A model generated the notes under the pieces. The model was not told the origin of the DNA. It made no database searches and saw only the letters and a list, made by a program, of their open reading frames with translations. A program made the position numbers and the translations under genes. 64,000 bases of DNA. Source: an uncultured Pseudomonadota bacterium. Lineage in GTDB: Bacteria; Pseudomonadota; Alphaproteobacteria; JACZXZ01. Below are positions 42,461-52,260 of the stretch, one piece after another; positions within the stretch are counted from its first letter, which is position 1, and each line of letters begins with the position of its first letter. The stretch lies in assembly GCA_963749075.1 (NCBI GenBank), contig CAVVLJ010000021.1, positions 192,001 to 256,000 of the forward strand, given 5' to 3'.

Positions 42461-42503
42461 GTCGCGCGGCGAGTTCCGCCGACGCGAGACGAGCCCGCCG
42501 CCG

Positions 42504-43337
42504 TTACGGCGTCAGCACCATGCCCTCGCGCGCGACGACGGTGCCGGGCCGCGCGCGCTCGGCCTCGGCGGCGATGCGGTCCATGCAAGCGTCGTCGTGG
42601 GAGGGGTCGTGGTGGAAGATGACGAGGGTCTTGACGTGCGCGGCATCGCTCAAGCGCACGCCCTCCTCCCAGGTCGAATGGCCCCAGCCGACGAAGCGCG
42701 GATATTCGGCCTCGGTAAAAGTGCTGTCGTAGATCAGCGCATCGGCGCCCTCGATCAGCCCGAGGATGTTGGCGTCGAGCCGGCCGGGGGAGTGCTCCGT
42801 ATCGGTGACGTAGCAGAGCGAGCGGCCGCCGTGCTCGATGCGGTAGCCGGTGGCGCCGTTGGGATGGTTGAGCGGCGCCGTGCGGATGACGATGCCCGGG
42901 TGCGGCTCGAGCGTCTCGCCGCACTTGAAATCGCGGTAGCAGATTTTCGCCTTGAGCACGTCGAGCGGCACCGGGAAGAGGGGCGCCATCATGAGCTCGG
43001 AGAGCACGTCATAGAGGCGGTACTCGGGGAGGAGATGCCCGGCCCAGAAGCGGAAGCGGTTGGCCGGCTTGAAGGCGGGGCTGAAGAACGGCAGCCCGGT
43101 GATGTGGTCGAAGTGGGTGTGCGTGAAGAAGAGGTCGCCATCGACCTCGGCCTTGTCGTCGAGGTGGCGGCCCAACGGCCGCAGCCCCGTGCCGGCGTCG
43201 AAGATGAGCAAGCGGCCGCCGCAGCGCACCTCCAGGCACGAGGTGTTGCCGCCGTAGCGCACGTATTCCGCCCCGGGGCAGGCGATCGACCCGCGCACGC
43301 CCCAGAACCTCACCCTGAGCTTGTCCCCCTCGGCCAA
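42504..43337 (-). CDS. MBL-fold metallo-hydrolase (RNase Z / phosphodiesterase-like)
   Basis: FWGVRGS, YGGNTSC, DAGTG, THTHFDH, TDTE, GHS, FHHDP; start uncertain (TTG 43337 with RBS, or up to 43403). Confidence 0.88.
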   Translation of the reverse strand: MAEGDKLRVRFWGVRGSIACPGAEYVRYGGNTSCLEVRCGGRLLIFDAGTGLRPLGRHLDDKAEVDGDLFFTHTHFDHITGLPFFSPAFKPANRFRFWAGHLLPEYRLYDVLSELMMAPLFPVPLDVLKAKICYRDFKCGETLEPHPGIVIRTAPLNHPNGATGYRIEHGGRSLCYVTDTEHSPGRLDANILGLIEGADALIYDSTFTEAEYPRFVGWGHSTWEEGVRLSDAAHVKTLVIFHHDPSHDDACMDRIAAEAERARPGTVVAREGMVLTP

Positions 43338-43468
43338 ACGCGAACGCCCCTCTCTTCCCAGCGCCGTCGGGAAGCCGCCCTGCGGCATCTTGACGCTGCT
43401 CAAACTATGCCCGCCGCACCCCCCGGGGTGTGACGCCCGTCACACCCCCAACCGAGGCGCGAGGTCCG

Positions 43469-44197
43469 TCACGGCACCAGGCGATAACCGCCCGGCTCGG
43501 TGATCAGGATGACCGCCTTGGAAGGGTCCGCCTCGATCTTCTGGCGCAGACGGTAGACATGGGTCTCGAGCGTATGGGTGGTGACGCCGGCATTATAGCC
43601 CCACACCTCGTTGAGCAGGGTCTCGCGGCCCACCACCTTCTCGCCCGCGCGGTAGAGGTACTTGAGGATCGCGGCCTCCTTCTCGGTGAGCCGCACCTTC
43701 TTGTTGCTGCCGGCCTCGAGGAGGAGCTTCGCCGAGGGGCGGAAGCTGTAGGGGCCGATGGTGAAGACGGCGTCCTCGCTCTGCTGGTGCTGGCGCAGCT
43801 GGGCGCGCAGCCGGGCCAAGAGCACGCTCAGGCGGAACGGCTTGGTCACGTAGTCGTTGGCGCCGGCGTCGAGTGCCAAGATGGTATCGGCGTCGGTATC
43901 GGCGCCGGTGAGCATGATGATGGGCGACTTGAAGCCGTTGCGGCGCAACAGGCGGCAGACCTCGCGGCCGTCCATGTCGGGCAGGCCGACATCGAGCAGC
44001 ACGGCGTCATAGTAGTCGGCGCGCGCCATCTCGAGCGCCTTGCCGCCGGTCTCGGCCACGCCGGTCTGGAATTCCTCGTGGAGCTGCAGCTGCTCGCAGA
44101 GCGAGTGGCGCAATGCCGCGTCGTCGTCGACGAGCAGGATCTTGCGGCCCGCCGCGGCGCTCTTGAGATCGGACGAGGCGGCTGCGTTGCGCTCCAT
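43469..44197 (-). CDS. cenR: OmpR-family response regulator, CenR-like
   Basis: Receiver (LVDDD, LLDV, KPF) + RLTEKE...VWGYNAGVTTHTLETHVYRLRQKIE; neighbours L,D-transpeptidase and yggS. Confidence 0.85.
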   Translation of the reverse strand: MERNAAASSDLKSAAAGRKILLVDDDAALRHSLCEQLQLHEEFQTGVAETGGKALEMARADYYDAVLLDVGLPDMDGREVCRLLRRNGFKSPIIMLTGADTDADTILALDAGANDYVTKPFRLSVLLARLRAQLRQHQQSEDAVFTIGPYSFRPSAKLLLEAGSNKKVRLTEKEAAILKYLYRAGEKVVGRETLLNEVWGYNAGVTTHTLETHVYRLRQKIEADPSKAVILITEPGGYRLVP

Positions 44198-44360
44198 CAG
44201 GACACCCTAGGCGCCTCGTCCCCGCGGGCAGCAGTGCAGGCTCCCGCGCGAGGCCTGGGGGCGAGAATACCGGCAATTTCCGCCATATTCCAGAGAGCTT
44301 GGCAAAGCCGGCCGTGCGCCGGGCTGGAGCGGCCCGCTCCCCGCGGCTATAAGGGAGCCG

Positions 44361-44858
44361 ATGGACATCCTGGTGACGGCGGAGCGGCGGCTCGTCTGGG
44401 GGCAGCGCTCCTACGCTTGCGCGATCGGCAGAAGCGGCATCGTCGCGGAGAAGCGCGAGGGCGACGGGGCGACGCCCGCGGGCGCCTTCCCTCTGCGCCG
44501 CGCGCTCTACCGCGCCGACCGGCTCGCCCGTCCCGGGACGCTGCTCGGCATCGCCACCATGCGCGAGGACGACGGCTGGTGCGACGAGCCCAACGACCCG
44601 CACTACAACCAGCATGTCCGCCTGCCCTACCCGGCAAGCCACGAGCGTCTGTGGCGCGCCGACCATCTCTACGACGCCATCGTGGTGCTCGGCTGCAACG
44701 ATGCGCCGCCCGTCCCCGGGCGCGGCAGCGCCATCTTCCTCCACGTCGCACGAGCCGATTACGGGCCGACCGAGGGCTGCGTCGCCTTGGCCCTCCCCGA
44801 CCTCCTCGCCCTCCTCGCGGCGGTCGGTCCCGAGGACCGGCTCGTGGTCCAGGCGTAA
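44361..44858 (+). CDS. L,D-transpeptidase family protein
   Basis: KREGDGATPAG, GSAIFLH...TEGCVA (His/Cys pair). Confidence 0.88.
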   Translation: MDILVTAERRLVWGQRSYACAIGRSGIVAEKREGDGATPAGAFPLRRALYRADRLARPGTLLGIATMREDDGWCDEPNDPHYNQHVRLPYPASHERLWRADHLYDAIVVLGCNDAPPVPGRGSAIFLHVARADYGPTEGCVALALPDLLALLAAVGPEDRLVVQA

Positions 44859-44880
44859 AGGGAACCTCCGAAACGGCGGC

Positions 44881-45579
44881 TCAGGCGGCCGTCTCGCGCG
44901 CGCCGAAGATGGCGGTGCCGACGCGTACGTGGGTGGCGCCGGCCCGCACGGCGATTTCGAAATCCTCGCTCATGCCCATGCTGACGAGCGGCAGGCCCGC
45001 GCGCCGCGCGAGCTCGGCCAAGCGGCGGAAGAAGGGCTCGGGCGGCACTCCCGCCGGCGGGATGCACATGAGGCCGACGATCGGCAGCTTGTAGTCCTCG
45101 CGGCAGGCGGCGACGAAGGCGGCCACGTCGTCGGGCGGCACGCCGGCCTTCTGGGGCTCGTGGCCGATGTTGACCTCGACGAGACAATTGGGCCGCCGGC
45201 CCTCGGCCGCCATCGCGCGGGCGAGTGCTGACACGAGCTTGGGGCGGTCCACCGTCTCGATCATGTCGAAGAGGGCGACCGCGTCCTTGACCTTGTTGGT
45301 CTGCAGCGGGCCGATCAGGTGGAGCTCGATGCCGGGGAATTCCTCGCGCAGCTTGGGCCACTTGGCCTTCGCCTCCTGCACGCGGTTCTCGCCGAAGGTG
45401 CGGTGGCCCGCGGCCAGCGCCGGGCGGATGCGCGCGGCCGGGTGGGTCTTGGTCACGGCGACGAGCGTCACCGACCGGGGTGCCCGGCCGGCCGATGCGA
45501 CCGCGGCCGCGATGCGTGCCTTGACCGCGGCAAGATTGCCCGCCACGTCCACGGCCTCGACCGCGTGGCTCTCGCTCAT
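44881..45579 (-). CDS. yggS: PLP homeostasis protein YggS
   Basis: VAVTKTH, FGENRVQE, HLIGPLQTNK, SMGMSEDF, VRVGTAIFG. Confidence 0.95.
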   Translation of the reverse strand: MSESHAVEAVDVAGNLAAVKARIAAAVASAGRAPRSVTLVAVTKTHPAARIRPALAAGHRTFGENRVQEAKAKWPKLREEFPGIELHLIGPLQTNKVKDAVALFDMIETVDRPKLVSALARAMAAEGRRPNCLVEVNIGHEPQKAGVPPDDVAAFVAACREDYKLPIVGLMCIPPAGVPPEPFFRRLAELARRAGLPLVSMGMSEDFEIAVRAGATHVRVGTAIFGARETAA

Positions 45580-47492
45580 GGCGGCCCTCGCCTCTCCGGC
45601 CGTGCGAGTGCAAAGCTGCGCTCGACATAGGCCATGATCTCGGCGACGCAGGCCTCGACGGAGCACTCGGCCGTGTCGACCACGAGCTCGGGCCCGGCGG
45701 GCGGCTCGTAGGGGGCGGAGACGCCGGTGAACTCCCTGATCTCGCCGGCGCGCGCGCGGCGGTAGAGGCCCTTGGGATCGCGGCCCTCGCAGACGGCAAG
45801 CGAGGCGCGCACGTAGATCTCGTGGAAGCGGCCCGAGGCCGCCGCGCGCGCCCGCTCGCGATCGCTGCGGTAGGGCGAGATGAAGGCGGTGATGCAGATG
45901 AAGCCGGCGTCGGCGAAGAGTGCCGCCACCTCGCCCACGCGCCGGATGTTCTCGGCGCGGTCGTCGGCGGAGAAGCCGAGGTTGGCGTTGAGGCCGCTGC
46001 GCACATTGTCGCCGTCGAGCACGTAGCTGTTGAAGCCCTTGGCGAAGAGGCGCTGCTCGACCTCCATGGCGAGGGTCGATTTGCCGGCACCCGACAGCCC
46101 CGTGAGCCACAGCACGCCGCCGCGGTGGCCGGCGCGCGCCTCGCGCAAGCCGCGGCTCACCCGGTGGGGCACCTCGGTGAGATTGGTCGCGCGCACGGTC
46201 ACGAGCTCGCGCTGGTCCGGATAGCCCTCCATGCCGATGGTGCCGCCGCCCACGGCAAGGTCGCCCTCGAAGAGCACGAAGCGGCCGCTCCGCGAGTTGG
46301 CGGCGAAGGCATCGAGGGCGACGAGCGCGCGGCTGCGCAAGACCACCTCGGCGATACCGTGGCGCTCGACGGCCGCCGCCTCCGCGGTCGAGAGGTCGGA
46401 GGGGTCGATGACGCGCTCGATCTCCTGCACCTCGACCGCCGTGGCAAGGGTGAGGAGCCGGAGGGTATAGCGGCTCCCGACTCTCAACGGGACGTCGCCG
46501 AGCCAGAAGAGGCGCGCGCGGAACACGCTGGTCTCGATGGGCGGATGGTCGCGGTGGCTGATCATCTCGCCGCGCTCGACGAAGAGCGGCTCGTCGAGCG
46601 TGATGCCGACCGCCTCGCCGGCCTCGGCCGCGCGGACCGGTTGGGCGGCGTGCCAGACCTCGATCGACTTCACGCGCGCGCTCTTGTTCGAGGGCGAGAA
46701 CAGGAGCTCGTCGCCCACCGCCAGGCGGCCGCTCTCGATGCGGCCCACGATGATGCGCCGCTCGTCGAACTTGTAGACGTCCTGCACGGGAAAGCGGAGC
46801 GGGAGATCGTCGAGCGGCGGCGCCGGCTCGAGGCTCTCGAGAGCCGAGAGCAGGGTCTCGCCGCCGTACCACGCCATCTCCGCGGCGGGCGAGACGAGAT
46901 TGGCCCCGCTGCTGGCCGAGACCGGCACCACGGCACGGGGGGCGATCCCGACGCTCGCCAGGTAGGCCGCGATCTCGGCCTCGAGGCTGGCGAAGCGTGC
47001 GGCGTCGTAGCCCACCAGGTCCATCTTGTTGACGACGACGATCGCCTGCTTGATGCCGATGAGCGAGAGGAGGAAGCCGTGGCGGCGCGATTGCTCGCGC
47101 ATGCCCTCGGCGGCGTCCACGATGAGGAGGGCGGCATCGCCGGCCGCAGCGCCGGTCACCATGTTCTTGAGGAACTCGCGGTGGCCGGGCGCGTCGAGGA
47201 GGAGGAAGTCCCGAAGCCTGCCTGCAAGGCGGATGTGGCTCACGTCGATGGTGACGCCCTGGTCGCGCTCGGCCTGGAAGGCGTCGGTCACGAAGGCCCA
47301 CTCGAAGGGCATGCCGCGGCGCTTGCACATGGCCTCGACCGCCGCGAGCTTGCCCTCGGGCAGCGAGCCGGTCTCGTGGAGCAGGCGCCCGACGAGGGTC
47401 GATTTGCCGTGATCGACGTGGCCGACGATGGCGACCTTGAGGAGGCCGCGCGCGGCATCGGCCGACTTCCCCGTGCGCGGCGCCTCGTGCAT
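45576..47492 (-). CDS. cysNC: Bifunctional sulfate adenylyltransferase subunit 1 / APS kinase (CysNC, NodQ-like)
   Basis: GHVDHGKST, DAPGH, NKMD GTPase motifs; C-terminal WLTGLSGAGKST, LDGDNVR, RDPKGLY. Confidence 0.93.
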   Translation of the reverse strand: MHEAPRTGKSADAARGLLKVAIVGHVDHGKSTLVGRLLHETGSLPEGKLAAVEAMCKRRGMPFEWAFVTDAFQAERDQGVTIDVSHIRLAGRLRDFLLLDAPGHREFLKNMVTGAAAGDAALLIVDAAEGMREQSRRHGFLLSLIGIKQAIVVVNKMDLVGYDAARFASLEAEIAAYLASVGIAPRAVVPVSASSGANLVSPAAEMAWYGGETLLSALESLEPAPPLDDLPLRFPVQDVYKFDERRIIVGRIESGRLAVGDELLFSPSNKSARVKSIEVWHAAQPVRAAEAGEAVGITLDEPLFVERGEMISHRDHPPIETSVFRARLFWLGDVPLRVGSRYTLRLLTLATAVEVQEIERVIDPSDLSTAEAAAVERHGIAEVVLRSRALVALDAFAANSRSGRFVLFEGDLAVGGGTIGMEGYPDQRELVTVRATNLTEVPHRVSRGLREARAGHRGGVLWLTGLSGAGKSTLAMEVEQRLFAKGFNSYVLDGDNVRSGLNANLGFSADDRAENIRRVGEVAALFADAGFICITAFISPYRSDRERARAAASGRFHEIYVRASLAVCEGRDPKGLYRRARAGEIREFTGVSAPYEPPAGPELVVDTAECSVEACVAEIMAYVERSFALARPERRGPP

Positions 47493-48286
47493 CACATGTA
47501 TCCGTCGGCGCGCAGGCGCTCGAAGGAGTCCTCCGCCTCGTGGTCCATGGCGCGGCCCGCGCGCTCGGACGTGCGGCTCAGCTCGAGCTCGGCGATGACC
47601 TCGTCGATGGTGGCGGCCTCGCTGGCGACCGGCTGCGTGATGTCGCGGTCGCCGAGCGAGCGGTAGCGCTGTCCGCCGCGCGCGAAATAGAGATCGACGA
47701 CCGGGATGCCCTCGCGCCGGATGTAGCGCCACACGTCGAGCTCGCTCCAATGGAGGATGGGGTGGATGCGCAGGTGGCCGCCCTTCGGCACCGCGGTCAT
47801 GTACTGGTCCCAGAACTCGGGCGGCTGGTCGCGGAAGTTCCAGCGCGAGCCCTCGCCGCGCGGGCTGAAGACGCGCTCCTTGGCGCGCACCGCCTCCTCG
47901 TCGCGGCGGATGCCGGCGAAGATGCCGGCGAAGCCGTGCTCGGCGATGGCCGCCTTGAGCCCGGCCGTCTTGCGGGCGGCGGCGCGTGCCGCGGGCGGCA
48001 GCGTGGGGTCGATGGCGTCGAGCGGCGGGCATTGGGCCACCATGAGCTCGAGCCCCCACGCCTCGGCGTAGCGCTGCCGGAAGTCGTACATCTCGGGGAA
48101 CTTCCGGCCGGTGTCGACGTGCAGCACCGGGAAGGGCACGCGGCCGAAGAAGGCCTTCCGCGTAAGCCACAGCATGGCGTTCGAGTCCTTGCCGAGCGAC
48201 CACAGCATGGCGAGCCGGCCGATGCGGCTGAAGGCCTCGCGGATGATGTAGATGCTCTGGCTCTCAAGCGCGTCGAGATGCGTCAT
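47492..48286 (-). CDS. cysD: Sulfate adenylyltransferase subunit 2
   Basis: SLGKDS, HVDTG, GIRRDEE, RAKERVFS, YRSLG, LRADGYM. Confidence 0.93.
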   Translation of the reverse strand: MTHLDALESQSIYIIREAFSRIGRLAMLWSLGKDSNAMLWLTRKAFFGRVPFPVLHVDTGRKFPEMYDFRQRYAEAWGLELMVAQCPPLDAIDPTLPPAARAAARKTAGLKAAIAEHGFAGIFAGIRRDEEAVRAKERVFSPRGEGSRWNFRDQPPEFWDQYMTAVPKGGHLRIHPILHWSELDVWRYIRREGIPVVDLYFARGGQRYRSLGDRDITQPVASEAATIDEVIAELELSRTSERAGRAMDHEAEDSFERLRADGYM

Positions 48287-48411
48287 TGCGGCCGTGGTGT
48301 CCCGCACAGCGCCGCCCGCAGCGGCGGCGCGCCTTCCGTAGCGTCAGAAGGCCCGCCCTGTAAAGCCCGATGGTGGGCTCGGCTCGGCCGGCGGGGGCGG
48401 CCGCCCGCGGC

Positions 48412-48933
48412 TCAGGGACTCCGGTGCCCGGGGCCGGCCGCGGCCGCCGCACCGTCCGCGGCGCCGCTGCCAAGGACGTTGCCCGCGGCGTCGTGGTGCA
48501 TGACGATGCGCCGCGCGTGCTGCCAGGCCGTCACGTCCTCGGCCGGCAACCGGTAGAGCTCGGCCAGGTCCTCGGCACTCACCACCTTTGCGAAGAGCCG
48601 CCGGTTGTGGCCGCGGAAGCGCACGAAGTTATAGAGGCTCCAGACCATGAGGAGCATGGCGTTGTGCGCGATCACCGCCGCATAGGAGAGCAGCGTTGCG
48701 ATGATGTCGCCGTGCATGGGGGCGGGCGGCAGCGGCGGCAGGCCGAGGAGCACGTCCAGTCCGACCGCGGCCGCGAGGGTCAGCGCCGAGCCGCGCACGA
48801 GATAGAGATAGAAGGACCAGGCGCAGGCCGAGAGCGCCGCGTCGCGCAGCCGCATCCAATTCGGCCGCGCGCGCGCGACGTTTATGATGATTTCGGTGTA
48901 AATGAGCGAAATCCCCGGTCCGGGCTGGTCCAA
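48412..48933 (-). CDS. pgaD: PNAG biosynthesis protein PgaD (start uncertain)
   Basis: Two TM helices, WSLYNFVRFRGHNRR, ARRIVMHHDAAG; follows pgaC. Confidence 0.75.
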   Translation of the reverse strand: MDQPGPGISLIYTEIIINVARARPNWMRLRDAALSACAWSFYLYLVRGSALTLAAAVGLDVLLGLPPLPPAPMHGDIIATLLSYAAVIAHNAMLLMVWSLYNFVRFRGHNRRLFAKVVSAEDLAELYRLPAEDVTAWQHARRIVMHHDAAGNVLGSGAADGAAAAAGPGHRSP

Positions 48934-50198
48934 ATGCCGCGGGCGCCCCGTTTTGCGAAGCGCGCCTTGGGAACGCCGACCAGCGAGGTGATGAAGGAGA
49001 TGAACCAGAAGGCCATCGGATACCAGATGACCCAGCCGTAGTTGCGCCACAGGCCGGGCTCGTAGCGGCTCTCGATGCCGAGCGCCACGGCGCCTTGCAC
49101 GAGATAGCTCGCGGAGAGCAGGAGTCCCCAGAAGGCCGGCGGCCACAGCGTCGGCACGTTGAGGCCCTCGGGCATGGCGGTGAACTTGCCGATGCCCCAG
49201 AGGAGGAACGAGAAGGCGAGCGCGTAGGTCCACACGATGCTGGCGGCGTACTCGGCGGCGACCAGCCACATGCGCCGGTTGCGCCAGCGCATCACCTTGG
49301 CGACGTTCTCGAAGAACACCTGGGCGCCGCCCTCGGCCCAGCGCAGGCGCTGCCGCCACAGCCCCCTGAACGTCTCGGGCATGAGGATCCAGCAGATGGC
49401 GCTCGGCTCGTAGCGGATCTGCCAATGGTTGAGCTCGAGCGCCCAGGACGCCGCGATATCCTCAGTGATCTTGTCGAGCGGCCAGTAGCCGACCTGATGC
49501 AGGGCCGCGCGGCGGAACGCGGCGATGGCGCCCGAGACCGTGAAGATGTTGCCGTAGATGCGCTGGGAGCGCTTGATGAGGCCGACGATCGAGGAGAATT
49601 CGCAGACCTGGATGAGGCCGAGCAGGCTGGAGCGCGTGCGGATGCGCGGATTGCCGGTGACGGCGCCGACGCGCGGGCTGGTGATGAAATGCTTGACCAG
49701 ATGCGCCGTGGCATTCGGGTGGAGCACGGTGTCGCCGTCGACGCAGACGAGATATTCCCCATTGGCGACGAGGGCCGCCATGCGCAACGCCATGGCCTTG
49801 CCCTGGTTCTCGGCGTGATGGACGACGCGCAGCCGCGGATAGCGCTGAAGCAGCGCATCGAGGGCCGGCCCGGTGCCGTCGCGCGAGCCGTCGTCGACCG
49901 CGATGATCTCGAAATTAGGATAATGCTGCGCGTCGAGCGCTGCGACTGTCTCCGCCAGATTGTCGCCCTCGTTGAAGCAGGGCACGAGCAGGCTCACGAG
50001 CGGCGGCTCCACGAGGCGCGGCAGGTCGTCCGGCCGCAGGCTGCGCAGCTCCCAGTGGAGGAAGTAGTAGATGCCGCCCGAGATCCAGATGTAGGACATG
50101 AAGAGCGGATAAAAGAAGACGAAATTGAGGAGCCCGCCTCCCAGGCGGTTGAGATGGAGGCTCTGGAGCAGGGCCGCGAGATCGGAGAGGAGATGCAC
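48882..50198 (-). CDS. pgaC: Poly-beta-1,6-GlcNAc synthase PgaC (GT2)
   Basis: FFYPLFMS, VPCFNE, DDGS, DGD, TED, QRLRW, WTSPDRG. Confidence 0.94.
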   Translation of the reverse strand: MHLLSDLAALLQSLHLNRLGGGLLNFVFFYPLFMSYIWISGGIYYFLHWELRSLRPDDLPRLVEPPLVSLLVPCFNEGDNLAETVAALDAQHYPNFEIIAVDDGSRDGTGPALDALLQRYPRLRVVHHAENQGKAMALRMAALVANGEYLVCVDGDTVLHPNATAHLVKHFITSPRVGAVTGNPRIRTRSSLLGLIQVCEFSSIVGLIKRSQRIYGNIFTVSGAIAAFRRAALHQVGYWPLDKITEDIAASWALELNHWQIRYEPSAICWILMPETFRGLWRQRLRWAEGGAQVFFENVAKVMRWRNRRMWLVAAEYAASIVWTYALAFSFLLWGIGKFTAMPEGLNVPTLWPPAFWGLLLSASYLVQGAVALGIESRYEPGLWRNYGWVIWYPMAFWFISFITSLVGVPKARFAKRGARGIWTSPDRGFRSFTPKSS

Positions 50199-50211
50199 CT
50201 TAGCCTCGCGC

Positions 50212-52260
50212 TCACGGCCGGTAGGGATAGGTCTCGAGGGAGAGCGCCTTGCGCAGCTCGTCGACGTTGGGATGCCCCTTCGCCTCGTCGTCCGGGTAAT
50301 AGCCGAAATTGATCGCACCCCGCCGCGCCAGGAGGCGCATCTCGTGGGCCAGGATGGCGGTCGGGATCCGGCGCTCGGGGCTCTCGCCCGGCACCCGCCA
50401 GTCCACGGCCTGGAGCTCGAAGAGCGTGCGCGCGAGCCCGTTCGGGCGCGCCGCCACCGCGGTGACGAGACGCTCGAGCCAGGCGTCGGCGTCGGCTTGG
50501 GCGATGCCCTCCATGAGGGGCATGGCCATCACCGCGGTGTAGTCGTAGGCCGCGAGGAAGCTGTCGAGATCCTGGGCGAACCAGCTGCGGCTCGCGGGTT
50601 CGAGGATGGGCCGCGCGAAGAGGTTGCGCGCGGTCTTGACGGGCCCGCGGTGGAGGCGGACGCGCTCGGCGAGCTCCTTCGTGAAGTCGATGAGGGCGGC
50701 CGTCTTGAATTCCGTCCAGGCCGCCATGGTCTTAGGGTCGGCGCGGATGGCTGGAATCGAGTTGGGGAAGCCGGCGGCCTTGTAGGCGGCAAGCGCCGGC
50801 GGGCTCGCGTCCTCGAAATCCGAGAGCAGCGCGTCGTCGCCGAAGAGGAGGCCCGCGATGGGTGCTGCCTCGGCCATCTCCTCATAGAGCTCGAGGACGA
50901 GGGCGCGCGATTTCGCATCGAAGGGCGAGAGGCGCGCCGGCTGCGTGGCGTCCGCCGCAGCCGCCTGGCGCCCGGGGTTCCACGCCTCCACATGCTCGGC
51001 AGGTGCTCCGAAGTCGAAGCTCAGCACCGGAAGCCAGGCGTAGACCTCGACGCGCGCGCGCGTGCGCAGCTGCCAGGCGACCCGGTTGAAGAGGTCGGCG
51101 CGCATGGGAAGGAGCTTGTTGGGAAAATAGGTCGCCTTGGCGACGCCGCTCCCCTCGGGGTCCGCGAAGGCCTGGAGGAACACGGCGGAGACGCCGAGCG
51201 CATAGACGCGGTCGATGAGCTGGCCGAGGTTCTTCTCCTGCTGCGCGGCATCGGGATCGTAGACGTAGTCGAGGTCGACCTGCACCACGCGCATGGGATC
51301 GTGCGGCTCGAAGCGGTGAATGTCGGCGACGTAGGCGGCAAGCTCCGGGTCGTCGGTCACGAGCTGTCGCGGCGTGTCGGCGAGGGCGTCGATGGAGCCG
51401 ACCCCGGTCGAAAGGCTCGTGGTGATCGGCATGCCGGCCGCGGCGAAGATCGAGATCGCCAGCTTGCTGCGCTCGCCATAGGGCCAGATCATCACGCGGG
51501 GGCGCTTGCCCGTCTCGCGGGCGATCTCCGCGGAGATGCCTTGGGCGTCCGCCCTGAGGCGCGCCTCGAAGGCCGTCTCGCTCTCGTAAGCACCGCTCGC
51601 CGGGTCGTAGCGGTGCGTGACGGCGGCGGGCTCGAGGTTGCCCTGCGGATTGGCGGGGATGCCCATGTGGAGGTGATCGGAATGGGCCGCGACCTCGACG
51701 AGGCCGGAGCGCACGACCTCGCGCACCTGGTCCCAGGTCATGAAGAACGAGCGCGGCGCCATCGTCATGCTGCTGCCGTACTCGACCTCGCTGCCGGGCG
51801 CCCCGCGCATCCAGGAATGGACCAGGCCGATCACCGCCGGGTAGTTGAAGGCCTTGAGGATGGGAAAGGCGCGCGTATAGAAGCTCTCGTAGCCGTCGTC
51901 GAAGGTGATCAGCACCGGCTTCGCGGGAAGCGGGGCCTTGCCGTCGCGCGCCGCCAGGAGCTGGTCCACGCTGACCGGGTGGTAGCCGTTGCGCGCGAGC
52001 CAGCTCATCTGCTGCACGAGCTTGGCGGTCGATACGGCGTTGTAGCGCTGGTCGGGGTCCTTGTCCTCGATCGCATGGTAGCAAATCGCGAGGAAACGAG
52101 GCGTGCCGGCGGGAAGCGGCGGCGTGCGCGCGAGCGCCCGCGCCATCGCGGCTTGGGCGTTGTCGCCGTCGGCCGATTGAGCGAGGGACGGCGCCGCGGC
52201 GGTCGCGAGGCCGAGCAGCGCGGCGGAAAATGCGAGGAGACGCGCAAGTCCCAGCCTCAC
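50212..52260 (-). CDS. pgaB: PNAG N-deacetylase / glycoside hydrolase PgaB (CE4 + GH153)
   Basis: TFDDG, HSDHLH, WPYG, VDLDYVYDPD, RADLFNRVAWQLRTR, FGYYPDD; GTGA overlap with pgaA. Confidence 0.94.
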   Translation of the reverse strand: MRLGLARLLAFSAALLGLATAAAPSLAQSADGDNAQAAMARALARTPPLPAGTPRFLAICYHAIEDKDPDQRYNAVSTAKLVQQMSWLARNGYHPVSVDQLLAARDGKAPLPAKPVLITFDDGYESFYTRAFPILKAFNYPAVIGLVHSWMRGAPGSEVEYGSSMTMAPRSFFMTWDQVREVVRSGLVEVAAHSDHLHMGIPANPQGNLEPAAVTHRYDPASGAYESETAFEARLRADAQGISAEIARETGKRPRVMIWPYGERSKLAISIFAAAGMPITTSLSTGVGSIDALADTPRQLVTDDPELAAYVADIHRFEPHDPMRVVQVDLDYVYDPDAAQQEKNLGQLIDRVYALGVSAVFLQAFADPEGSGVAKATYFPNKLLPMRADLFNRVAWQLRTRARVEVYAWLPVLSFDFGAPAEHVEAWNPGRQAAAADATQPARLSPFDAKSRALVLELYEEMAEAAPIAGLLFGDDALLSDFEDASPPALAAYKAAGFPNSIPAIRADPKTMAAWTEFKTAALIDFTKELAERVRLHRGPVKTARNLFARPILEPASRSWFAQDLDSFLAAYDYTAVMAMPLMEGIAQADADAWLERLVTAVAARPNGLARTLFELQAVDWRVPGESPERRIPTAILAHEMRLLARRGAINFGYYPDDEAKGHPNVDELRKALSLETYPYRP

